From Candidatus Thorarchaeota archaeon (GTDB lineage: Archaea; Asgardarchaeota; Thorarchaeia; Thorarchaeales; Thorarchaeaceae): a stretch of 64,000 bases of DNA. Shown in pieces: positions 18,036 through 26,350 of the stretch (its first letter is position 1; each line of letters begins with the position of its first letter). The stretch is from NCBI GenBank assembly GCA_046482545.1, contig JAWOEX010000010.1, forward strand, positions 79,849 through 143,848. Reading direction: 5' to 3'. A program made the translations under genes and the position numbers. A model generated the notes under the pieces. It saw only the letters and a program-made list of their open reading frames with translations, ran no database searches and was not told the origin of the DNA.

Positions 18036-19025
18036 TTGTTGATGAAGGCTTACGATGTGGTTTTGGCAAGTGGCGCCGAGCATCTCAGGTCGAGATTTGA
18101 GGAGAAGGGTTACCGCGTATACTGTTGTGGAGAAAATTATGACGAGAGGCGAGTATTTCCAAATGGTGACTTGTACGTCAGGATAGCAGGAATAGAGGAT
18201 CTTTCGGATAGAAGAGTCGTAGTTGTACAGACTTGTACCGGAACAATTCATGATGGCGCGTTCTTTTCAACAGCGGACAGTGTTGTTGAGCTGCTGCTCA
18301 TGCTTGATGCGCTTAAACGACCTGTGGAAGTTGAAAGAATACGAAGTAAAGAATACAAAACCACACCAATCCCACCACCATCTCATGTAGAGGTAGTTCT
18401 TACGTTCCAACCGTTTGGACTGCAGGACAAAGCCTTCGAGACTGGCGAAGCGGAGTCTGCTAGATGGGCGACTGAAACAATAGCCCGGAACTGCAACAAA
18501 ATTTGGGCAGTCAACCCCCATGCTACAACAAACCTTGAATGGGTTCAAAATTTTATGGAGCGTGACCTACTAGAGTATATTGATATTACACCCCGACTCA
18601 TCGAATTTGGTGCAAAGAAGTTTGGATTCGAAGAATTTGAAGTCGTTACACCTGATTTGGGAGGACAACAGAGATTCAGTGTGAAGGGTTTCAGCAAAGA
18701 GAGGTCTGATTCATTCCATGTACAGCTTACTGGCGATTTGGACGTCAAGGGTAAGAATGTGATTGTACTCGACGATTTGACGAAAAGCGGTAGCACACTC
18801 TTGAATGCACAAGAACGACTACGAGAGCAAGGAGTAGCCGATGTTGGCCTTGCAGTTGTGCATGTACTTCCATTAGTAGGAAGAGGAGAAGAACTGCTCG
18901 AAAACTTGTTTGAAAAATGTGATGGATCTATTGTGACCACTAATACAGTCCGAACATCTCTCTTTTGGGAGAAGCACCCCGACCGCACGTATAACATTGT
19001 TGACAGCTTAGTGGGAATTCTCTGA
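18036..19025 (+). CDS. prs: Ribose-phosphate pyrophosphokinase (Prs), divergent with an internal insertion
   Basis: Prs N-domain (FPNGDLYVRIAGIEDLSDRRVVVVQTC...ELLLMLDALKR), VNPHATTNLEWVQNF, TPDLGGQQR, and PRPP loop VIVLDDLTKSGSTL. Confidence 0.65.
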   Translation: MLMKAYDVVLASGAEHLRSRFEEKGYRVYCCGENYDERRVFPNGDLYVRIAGIEDLSDRRVVVVQTCTGTIHDGAFFSTADSVVELLLMLDALKRPVEVERIRSKEYKTTPIPPPSHVEVVLTFQPFGLQDKAFETGEAESARWATETIARNCNKIWAVNPHATTNLEWVQNFMERDLLEYIDITPRLIEFGAKKFGFEEFEVVTPDLGGQQRFSVKGFSKERSDSFHVQLTGDLDVKGKNVIVLDDLTKSGSTLLNAQERLREQGVADVGLAVVHVLPLVGRGEELLENLFEKCDGSIVTTNTVRTSLFWEKHPDRTYNIVDSLVGIL

Positions 19026-20762
19026 TTGAGAAGAAAGAAGCCACAGCAAGAGTTAATTAATAGACTACTGAACCAGAGTCTGAGTGGAGCGTGTGCGGAG
19101 ATGGTCAGAAGACTTAGACTCCCCTTTGCATTAAAGAAGAAAGATTTGGGGCTGGAAGCGACTTCAGAATCAGAATCCACCGTTGTGGCTCTGGCAAGAG
19201 CAGAACCCAACATAGAAGATGAAATGACTTATGCGCTGGCTAGAATTCCCATTCCATTCTGGTGCGTACAGATATCTGAGCATGAATCCATCATTCTCTC
19301 TGCAATCATGGATGAGCCCCAAATCTTTGAATTCACCAATGATAAGAAGCTAGGCACAATCAAGCGTATGCTAAGAAGTGATATGGATAGCTGGCAAACT
19401 ATTCCAGAAAGTGCTGAACACATCCTTCCGCTTATTGGGAGCATAGAAAAGGAAGTCAAGTACATGAAAGGGTTGGTCAATCCTTCCGTGTTTTTGCCAG
19501 TCGGTAACCATTTTTCAGAGCAAGAAGGGCAGAAAAGTACGCAAGTTCTGAATGAAATAATTGATTCCCATAACGCGTTGGATACAAGTGAGCAATTCCA
19601 AGAAATTTTGGATACCAGAAGAATTAGGCTCGAAAGCATTCAAGAAATCCAACAATTGTTGGAGAAAAAGCTAGAAAGGGAAACAGACAAACTTGATAAT
19701 TTCATTAAAAGAGAGCGGGAACGGACCGAACAACGTACGAGAAACTTGCATGAAATTGCCGATATAGAAATCTCCATGCTGAAAGAAGAGGTAGAAGAGC
19801 AGCTAGAGAAGCTTGAGCAAGAGGAAACCATGGATTTAAGGGCATTGACTGCAGAGTTTGCACGAAGCACAAACCAGCTAGAGATTTTCTTCTCGAAGGA
19901 TATTCTTGAAAAAATCAGGAAGCAGCGTAGTAAGATAGGTCAAAGCAAAGCGGATGTTGAATCAGCAACTAGTCACTTCGTCGAGCTTGCCGAGTGTTTG
20001 CACAACAATGTACACGAGTATAAGGAAATTATCTCTGAACTCAATTCCGAGAGCGAGCGAATACTTGCTCGCGGAAAGGAAATAAGGCAATCCTACGAAG
20101 ACAAACGGAACAAGATTCATGATGAGATTAACGTACAAATACGAAATCATCAGCATCGCATTGTTGAGTTTGATCTTGAGCGTGATCAAGCTGAAAACAA
20201 ATTACTAGAAGCAAGGGCCCGATTAGACGATGCTCGTGAAAGATTAATTGAAACAATCCAAGAACGGGTCCATACGCTTAAAGAGGAGCTGAGAAACCTA
20301 CAAGAATTCGCTTTCAAAAGTGTGAATATCCCGGGTCTAGCTTCGCTGACGAAGCTCAACGTCGAGATCTTCTTGCATAACCAAAACGAGCGGCTGGAAA
20401 TAATGACCCCTTGCATCATACCCGAGGAGGGAGTAACATTGGGTTTGGAATGTGAGGAAACCAATCATGAACTTAGTTCTTTCCTTAGAGAGATGGTTGA
20501 AAATAGAATTGATTCCAGAATGTCATTTGCTAATGAATTAGAACGAGTGTGTATTTCAGAGAATTTGTTTCTCGCTCCACAGATGAGCGAATCCCTTCAG
20601 GAAGGTGTTGATGAACTGCATCATAGCGGACTTTTAGAAAGCCATAGAAAGAGAGCCCTCACAAAAAGATTCAGCTTAAGAGCTCGAAGGTGCCCATATT
20701 GTGGGGCTGAAATTGCTGAATCTATCCGCTTCTGTGGAGAATGTGGAAAACCGCTTCAATGA
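19026..20762 (+). CDS. Large coiled-coil protein with C-terminal zinc ribbon (hypothetical)
   Basis: 578 aa. Long E/K/R/Q heptad regions. C-terminus CPYCGAEIAESIRFCGECGKPLQ. Starts at the codon after the prs stop. Confidence 0.55.
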   Translation: MRRKKPQQELINRLLNQSLSGACAEMVRRLRLPFALKKKDLGLEATSESESTVVALARAEPNIEDEMTYALARIPIPFWCVQISEHESIILSAIMDEPQIFEFTNDKKLGTIKRMLRSDMDSWQTIPESAEHILPLIGSIEKEVKYMKGLVNPSVFLPVGNHFSEQEGQKSTQVLNEIIDSHNALDTSEQFQEILDTRRIRLESIQEIQQLLEKKLERETDKLDNFIKRERERTEQRTRNLHEIADIEISMLKEEVEEQLEKLEQEETMDLRALTAEFARSTNQLEIFFSKDILEKIRKQRSKIGQSKADVESATSHFVELAECLHNNVHEYKEIISELNSESERILARGKEIRQSYEDKRNKIHDEINVQIRNHQHRIVEFDLERDQAENKLLEARARLDDARERLIETIQERVHTLKEELRNLQEFAFKSVNIPGLASLTKLNVEIFLHNQNERLEIMTPCIIPEEGVTLGLECEETNHELSSFLREMVENRIDSRMSFANELERVCISENLFLAPQMSESLQEGVDELHHSGLLESHRKRALTKRFSLRARRCPYCGAEIAESIRFCGECGKPLQ

Positions 20763-20764
20763 AT

Positions 20765-20992
20765 TTACTCCAAGTAATCATCCGCATCCCCGGTTGCTAT
20801 CCAGCTCTTGGTACTGTATCGTTCAGCCAAATCCTTCTCTTCTAAGGAGTTTAAAGCGCCGATTATCTCATTTCGAGTATAGCGGGTTTCTTGGCTGCTT
20901 AATGCTTTCTGGATTGCTGATGCACGATGATTGTCATCATATATGAAGCGGAGAATTTTCCGCTCAAGCTCAGAAATGTCTTCGTCACTCAT
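20765..20992 (-). CDS. Small winged-helix-like protein (hypothetical)
   Basis: 75 aa. Has a helix-turn-helix-like core (RKILRFIYDD...RNEIIGALNSLEEKDL). Confidence 0.4.
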   Translation of the reverse strand: MSDEDISELERKILRFIYDDNHRASAIQKALSSQETRYTRNEIIGALNSLEEKDLAERYSTKSWIATGDADDYLE

Positions 20993-21105
20993 GGTAATCT
21001 ATTCAACTCCCGCAAAACTGAATCTTAAAAACGCTGTCATTGGGGGTAAGACACTACGAAACCCTTTTTACAACTCTGAATTGCACCCCACTAGTCAGTG
21101 AATGG

Positions 21106-21858
21106 ATGATGAACAGATCTGAGTACCATATCAGGATAGCCAAAGGGGAGATGCCACAACGAGTCTTGCTGCCTGGAGACCCCGGTAGAGCTAAGGCCAT
21201 TGCACATACCTACTTTGATAATCCTTCAGAAGTAGCAAGGAACCGGGAGTACTGGAGTTTTAAGGGCGAATATGATGGCATAGAAGTTGGTGTCTGTTCA
21301 ACAGGAATCGGCTGTCCCTCTGCGGCTATCGCAATCGAGGAGCTTGTCAAGGTAGGATGTAAGTCGTTCATACGAGTCGGTTCGGCAGGTGCCATAGATA
21401 GAACGCTCTCGGCAGGAGACCTCGTAATCTTTTCTGGATCCGTTCGGGATGACGGCACATCAGTTCAGTATGTACCCATCGAGTACCCCGCCGTTGCTGA
21501 CCCTGTAATGGTCCAATCACTGGCAAGAGCAGCAGAAAGAAGGAATGCACCATACAGAATCGGAATCGGACATAGCAAAGATGCCTTCTACAGTGAACAT
21601 CCAGATATGGTATCTAATCCAACTGCTCTCAAACAAAAGTGGAAATCTATGGAACGTGTGGGTGTACTGGCTACTGAGATGGAATCGGCAGTTCTTTTTG
21701 TACTGGGACATCTTAGAAAAGTCAGGGTTGGAACTGTATGTGTGATAATTGGTGAACCCATTCAGAACAAAGCAGAAATTACAGAAAAACCAAAGCTAGA
21801 ACACTTAGTTCCTGTGGCGCTGGATGCCATAACCGCGACTGATATCGACTTGACATGA
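21106..21858 (+). CDS. Purine/uridine nucleoside phosphorylase (PNP/UDP family 1)
   Basis: LLPGDPGRAKAIA, VGSAGAI and ATEMESAVL motifs. Confidence 0.85.
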   Translation: MMNRSEYHIRIAKGEMPQRVLLPGDPGRAKAIAHTYFDNPSEVARNREYWSFKGEYDGIEVGVCSTGIGCPSAAIAIEELVKVGCKSFIRVGSAGAIDRTLSAGDLVIFSGSVRDDGTSVQYVPIEYPAVADPVMVQSLARAAERRNAPYRIGIGHSKDAFYSEHPDMVSNPTALKQKWKSMERVGVLATEMESAVLFVLGHLRKVRVGTVCVIIGEPIQNKAEITEKPKLEHLVPVALDAITATDIDLT

Positions 21859-21913
21859 TTTGAAACAATCGCATCTAATACCTAGTAGGGATAATGCTCC
21901 TATTTTCAAAACG

Positions 21914-22699
21914 CTACACTCTTGCGCCCCAAACACGCTTTTGTAGTTTTATCAGCAAATCGTCTGCTTCGGATTCTTCTATACGTGCTAACCTAGCGAG
22001 ATTTTTTGGACTTGAAGAGAGCAGATCTGTTACTCCCGTCAACCCAGCATCAATAATTGATTGAACAGTCTTCTCAGAGATACCGATTTCACGAAGAGTG
22101 GTTCTCATCTCTTCTGTCACTGTTTCATCTTGAGCAGGGCGGGTAACATCTGGTAAATCCTGGACATCTTCCGATGACTCTTGACCAACATCGCTAACTT
22201 CAATCTCATCGAAATCAGCCATCTTGCCCGCGAGAGAGAACTGATTAACAAAATTTGGTCGCAAGAGAAAAATGCCAATTAGAAAAGAACCTATAAGCAA
22301 GGGAATTAGGATGACAGGACCCAAGTTAAGCCCAACAATCTCACCTTCAGGCCCAAAAATGGGCAGGGCATTCTCTACACCAAACAATAGAATGTCAATA
22401 ATGAAGTCGCCTGTCAGCTCGATATCAAGAATCAACCATAGCGGTGAGAAGAATGCCAATCCGCCCAGCTCGAATATGAGAATCTCTCTTAGAGCCTCTC
22501 TCCAGCGATAATAGACAAACAGAATCGGCAATATCATAATTATTAACGAAACTATGGTCCATATCGTGTATATACGCCAGATTCTTTGCAGCACAGCAGA
22601 ATCCGAAACACCATAACCCATCATCTTAATGATAGCTGCACCATTAAATATGATGCCTGAAATGAGCGCTGAAAAGACAATTCCGTGGGCATATCTCAA
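21914..22699 (-). CDS. Polytopic membrane protein with C-terminal helix-hairpin-helix tail (hypothetical)
   Basis: Several TM helices, then TVQSIIDAGLTGVTDLLSSSPKNLARLARI (HhH-like). Confidence 0.55.
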   Translation of the reverse strand: MRYAHGIVFSALISGIIFNGAAIIKMMGYGVSDSAVLQRIWRIYTIWTIVSLIIMILPILFVYYRWREALREILIFELGGLAFFSPLWLILDIELTGDFIIDILLFGVENALPIFGPEGEIVGLNLGPVILIPLLIGSFLIGIFLLRPNFVNQFSLAGKMADFDEIEVSDVGQESSEDVQDLPDVTRPAQDETVTEEMRTTLREIGISEKTVQSIIDAGLTGVTDLLSSSPKNLARLARIEESEADDLLIKLQKRVWGARV

Positions 22700-22874
22700 A
22701 GAGTATCAACACCTCTAAGCCTGCTGTTCGCTTAATGGGGCATCAACTCACTTAAAGTTATTCCGAGAGAAACGCTCTTTTCCTGATGACACTAGCAAGA
22801 ATTTGACCTTAACAAAGATAAAACATTCACCATCCTTATTTGTAGCATGTACCTACAAGTTCTTGTGAATTGGA

Positions 22875-23960
22875 TTGGAACCGTTTCTGGTCGTAGGGAC
22901 TCGCCCCGAAATCATAAAGATGGCACCAGTTGTCCATGCTTGGGAGAACAGGGGCCAAAAGCTATTCCTGCTTCACACAGGGCAACATTACTCAAACTAC
23001 ATGAGTGATGCATTCTTCCAAGACATGGATTTGAGAGAACCGGATAAGAACTTGAATATTGGTTCAGGTTCGCACTCTGAACAGACAGCAAAGGCATTAC
23101 TCGGAATAGAAAAGCAATTGCAAATACTAAAGCCACCACTTGTTGTAGTGGAAGGTGATACAAATGCCGTGCTGTCTGCTGCACTAGCAGCTGTAAAGCT
23201 CAACATACCTGTTGCTCATGTAGAAGCCGGCCTTCGAAGCTTCGATATCAGAATGCCCGAAGAACATAATCGCAGACTGACTGACCATGCCAGCACTCTG
23301 CTTTTTGCACCGACAAAAGATGCGGCTGAAACGCTGAAAGAGGAGAATGTGTGGGGAGAGGTGCATATAACTGGAAATACAGTAATTGATGCAGTTGAAA
23401 GATACATGCCTATGGCATTAGAGAAGAGTGACATTCTAGATAGACTGCAACTCGACAAATATGCACTTCTTACTCTCCATCGGGCAGAGAATGTTGATGA
23501 TCCTGATATCCTGAAAGGACTCATAGATGGTATTCTCAAACTGGAGACGGATATACTATTCCCAGCTCATCCTAGAACTATCGCCCGACTTGTAGAATAC
23601 GACATGATGGATAAAATCAAAGCGAACGACCAGATAGTACCCATCGAACCCGTGCCATATTTGGACTTTCTACGGTTAATGCATGGTTGCTCCTATATCC
23701 TTACAGATTCTGGAGGAATCCAAGAAGAAGCAACTGCCCCGGCTGTGAACAAGCGTGTTTTTGTCCTCAGAACATCGACAGAGCGCCCCGAGGCCGTAGA
23801 TTCGGGATATGCTCACGTCATCGGTACTGATTCTGAAGTATTCCCAGATCGCGTGAAGGATCTTTTGGAAAAGCCCTTTGAACCAACGGAATGTCCATAT
23901 GGAGACGGTAAGGCTGGTGAGAAGATTGTTCAGATAATAGTGGACTGGGCAGAAACGTAA
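22875..23960 (+). CDS. wecB: UDP-N-acetylglucosamine 2-epimerase (non-hydrolysing)
   Basis: GTRPEIIKMAPV, HVEAGLRS and DSGGIQEEA motifs. TTG start. Confidence 0.9.
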   Translation: MEPFLVVGTRPEIIKMAPVVHAWENRGQKLFLLHTGQHYSNYMSDAFFQDMDLREPDKNLNIGSGSHSEQTAKALLGIEKQLQILKPPLVVVEGDTNAVLSAALAAVKLNIPVAHVEAGLRSFDIRMPEEHNRRLTDHASTLLFAPTKDAAETLKEENVWGEVHITGNTVIDAVERYMPMALEKSDILDRLQLDKYALLTLHRAENVDDPDILKGLIDGILKLETDILFPAHPRTIARLVEYDMMDKIKANDQIVPIEPVPYLDFLRLMHGCSYILTDSGGIQEEATAPAVNKRVFVLRTSTERPEAVDSGYAHVIGTDSEVFPDRVKDLLEKPFEPTECPYGDGKAGEKIVQIIVDWAET

Positions 23961-24119
23961 TTCGTCCCGAAAAAAGACATGTTGTTCGAAAAAAGCGAAT
24001 GTTTCTACAAAACAAGGCGAGGGGGCTTCTACTGCGTGTCTGGCGAAGTCTTATAAGGCATCAATGCGTTGCTTCTATGCATTCCTATACGAGGAGTGAG
24101 GAAAAACGGAGGAAAAACA

Positions 24120-24293
24120 ATGGCAGACTATGTAGTCAAGAAAGCAATTCAGGACTTCGCACGAAGTAACGACCTTATGGTAGCATCAGATTTCTACGAT
24201 GAGCTTGATAAGCACGTAGAGAAGCTACTACAGGCCGCGGCAAAGAGAACCACGGCTAATAGACGAAAGACACTAAGCCCTCACGATTTGTAG
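24120..24293 (+). CDS. Histone-fold miniprotein (alpha1-L1-alpha2-L2 only; alpha3 absent)
   Basis: VVKKAIQDF...DFYDELDKHVEKLLQAAAKRTTANRRKTLSPHDL aligns with the HMf alpha1/alpha2 and the RKT L2 loop. GGAGGA RBS upstream. Confidence 0.45.
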   Translation: MADYVVKKAIQDFARSNDLMVASDFYDELDKHVEKLLQAAAKRTTANRRKTLSPHDL

Positions 24294-24311
24294 AATCTGG
24301 AGGGCTTAGGG

Positions 24312-24353
24312 ACTGGAACTGTGAAGAATTCAGTTCCAGTTCATCTTTTTTTT
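24312..24353 (+). terminator. Perfect 10-bp hairpin followed by a T9 tract
   Basis: ACTGGAACTG-tgaagaatt-CAGTTCCAGT then tcatcttttttttt, 19 nt after the stop. Confidence 0.55.
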
Positions 24354-24433
24354 GAGCTGAATATCTGGATACCAATCATAGCACTCATTAGGAGCTCAAA
24401 GAGCACACCTAACAGTAATTGGAGTGATTTCGA

Positions 24434-25210
24434 TTGGAAATATGCCTAACAAATGATGACGGAGCAGACCATCCAGGCTTGCTCAAGTTGGCAGCCAATC
24501 TCAGTGAGATAGGCAATGTCACAGTAATTGTACCAAGCAATCAGCGGAGTGCAACAGGAAAGGCACTCACCCTCAATAGTCCCATTAGAATAAGCGAAGG
24601 AATATTGAAAGATGATTATAGGATGATTAAACATTCTGGATTGCCAGCGGATTCCGTTATATTGGCGAAGGCATTTATGACTAATATTGACCTAGTAGTT
24701 GCAGGGATAAATGGGGGTGCAAATTTGGGCTATCAGAGTATGCTAACAAGTGGAACGGTAGGAGCTGTAATGGAAGGGGCGATTATGGAAATCCCAGGGA
24801 TTGCATTTTCTATGGTGGTTGAGCCGCATGAATGGTTCAATTCCCATGGTGTACAAGAGAATTACCAAAAGGCAGCTGAAATTGCGACAAGTATTGTTGA
24901 AAAAGTCTTGAACAAGAAACTTCCAGAAGGAATAGACGCAATCAACGTCAACTTCCCGGCAGAAATAGAGAATGATACTGAAACCATAATCACAAAGCCA
25001 GCGAAGGTACGTATCAAGAATGAGCTCGATAGGCGCATAGATCCCAACGGCAGCCCTTACTATTGGTTGAAGGGGGTAACGGCAGACGCCCCAACTGGTA
25101 CTGATGCCAGTGAAGTACTGCAGAATGGGAATATCTCAATCTCGCCGATAATAATCGATACAGTTGAAGAGAAGGAGACTAAACAACTCAGGTATCTACT
25201 CTCTCATTGA
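24434..25210 (+). CDS. surE: 5'/3'-nucleotidase SurE
   Basis: ICLTNDDGADHPGL N-terminus and SurE core. TTG start with GGAG 10 nt upstream. Confidence 0.9.
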   Translation: MEICLTNDDGADHPGLLKLAANLSEIGNVTVIVPSNQRSATGKALTLNSPIRISEGILKDDYRMIKHSGLPADSVILAKAFMTNIDLVVAGINGGANLGYQSMLTSGTVGAVMEGAIMEIPGIAFSMVVEPHEWFNSHGVQENYQKAAEIATSIVEKVLNKKLPEGIDAINVNFPAEIENDTETIITKPAKVRIKNELDRRIDPNGSPYYWLKGVTADAPTGTDASEVLQNGNISISPIIIDTVEEKETKQLRYLLSH

Positions 25211-26300
25211 GTGTGCTTAATGCATTCCATAATGCATCTGTATCATATCTTTCAACATGATGCGACTGGAAGTCTTCGACAAGCAGTCTCGTTTCCGTGT
25301 CATTAGATATGGTGCCAATTATGGTGGCTTGGATGCCCCTCTCCTCAATTGCATGTACGACTTCTTCGGCATAACCAGATGAACAGGTTATCAACATACA
25401 ACCACTGCTTATCAAATTGAGCCAATCCACTCCAATTGCGTCGCATATTGCGGTTGTTGCTGGATGAAAGGGAATACTCTCCAAGTTCACTTCAAAACCA
25501 ACATCACTTGCATCACATAGTTCGTGCAAGCCACCAGAAATCCCGCCTTCTGTCGGATCGTGCATTGCAGTTACGTGGCCGGTTCCAAAAGCCGTAAGGC
25601 CCTCCTCAACAACGCTAATCTTATCTCGGATTGCGATTCCCTCCTCGACCAAATCTATACCAATGACTTCAGTTAGATATTCACGTCCTTCTGAAGCCAG
25701 AATTGCGGTTCCCTCGATGGCAGCGGTCTTTGTCATAACAATTGCATCCCCCGGTTGCGCCCCACTTGATGTCACATATTCTCCAGGATTAGTCAACCCC
25801 AGCATAAATCCAGCTATTATAGGACGCGGAAGACCCTGAGTTATCTCTGTGTGTCCACCAGCTACCGAAATACCTAGAGAGTCTGTCGCTTCGTTAATCT
25901 GTTGCATAATTTTGGCTAAGTCATCTTCATTAGACGCTTCGGGCAGCATAATCGAGTTCAGGAACCATTTCGGAGCCACTCCGAAGGTTGCTATATCATT
26001 GGCATTTACGTGCACAGATAGCCATCCTGCATCTTCTATCGAGCCAGTTATAGGATCAGTTGCCGCCACAAGCACCTTGTCACCAAACCGAATCAGGCAA
26101 GCATCTTGTCCAATACCTGGACCGAGAATCAGATCTGAATCTTCCTTTCCGAGGTGAGTGAAAACGAGCTCCTTGAGCATCTTGGGGGGAATTTTTCCGG
26201 GCAACAACGTTTCATTCTCCATTCTGTCGCTTGCATGAATATTGGTATGGATATCAAATTTGAGTATCATCACAACGGAAGGCGATGAATTCAGCTGCAC
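25188..26300 (-). CDS. PurM-like (AIR-synthase-related, HypE/SelD/ThiL superfamily) protein
   Basis: N-terminus GPGIGQDACLIRFGDKVLVAATDP (PurM N-domain) and a C-terminal PurM-C-like fold. Lies 50 bp downstream of the ChlI-ChlD fusion on the same strand. Confidence 0.65.
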   Translation of the reverse strand: MQLNSSPSVVMILKFDIHTNIHASDRMENETLLPGKIPPKMLKELVFTHLGKEDSDLILGPGIGQDACLIRFGDKVLVAATDPITGSIEDAGWLSVHVNANDIATFGVAPKWFLNSIMLPEASNEDDLAKIMQQINEATDSLGISVAGGHTEITQGLPRPIIAGFMLGLTNPGEYVTSSGAQPGDAIVMTKTAAIEGTAILASEGREYLTEVIGIDLVEEGIAIRDKISVVEEGLTAFGTGHVTAMHDPTEGGISGGLHELCDASDVGFEVNLESIPFHPATTAICDAIGVDWLNLISSGCMLITCSSGYAEEVVHAIEERGIQATIIGTISNDTETRLLVEDFQSHHVERYDTDALWNALSTLNERVDT

Positions 26301-26350
26301 AGTTCATACAAATTCCTGTGAGTGTGTTGGGGTTAATAATTCAATCGAGT

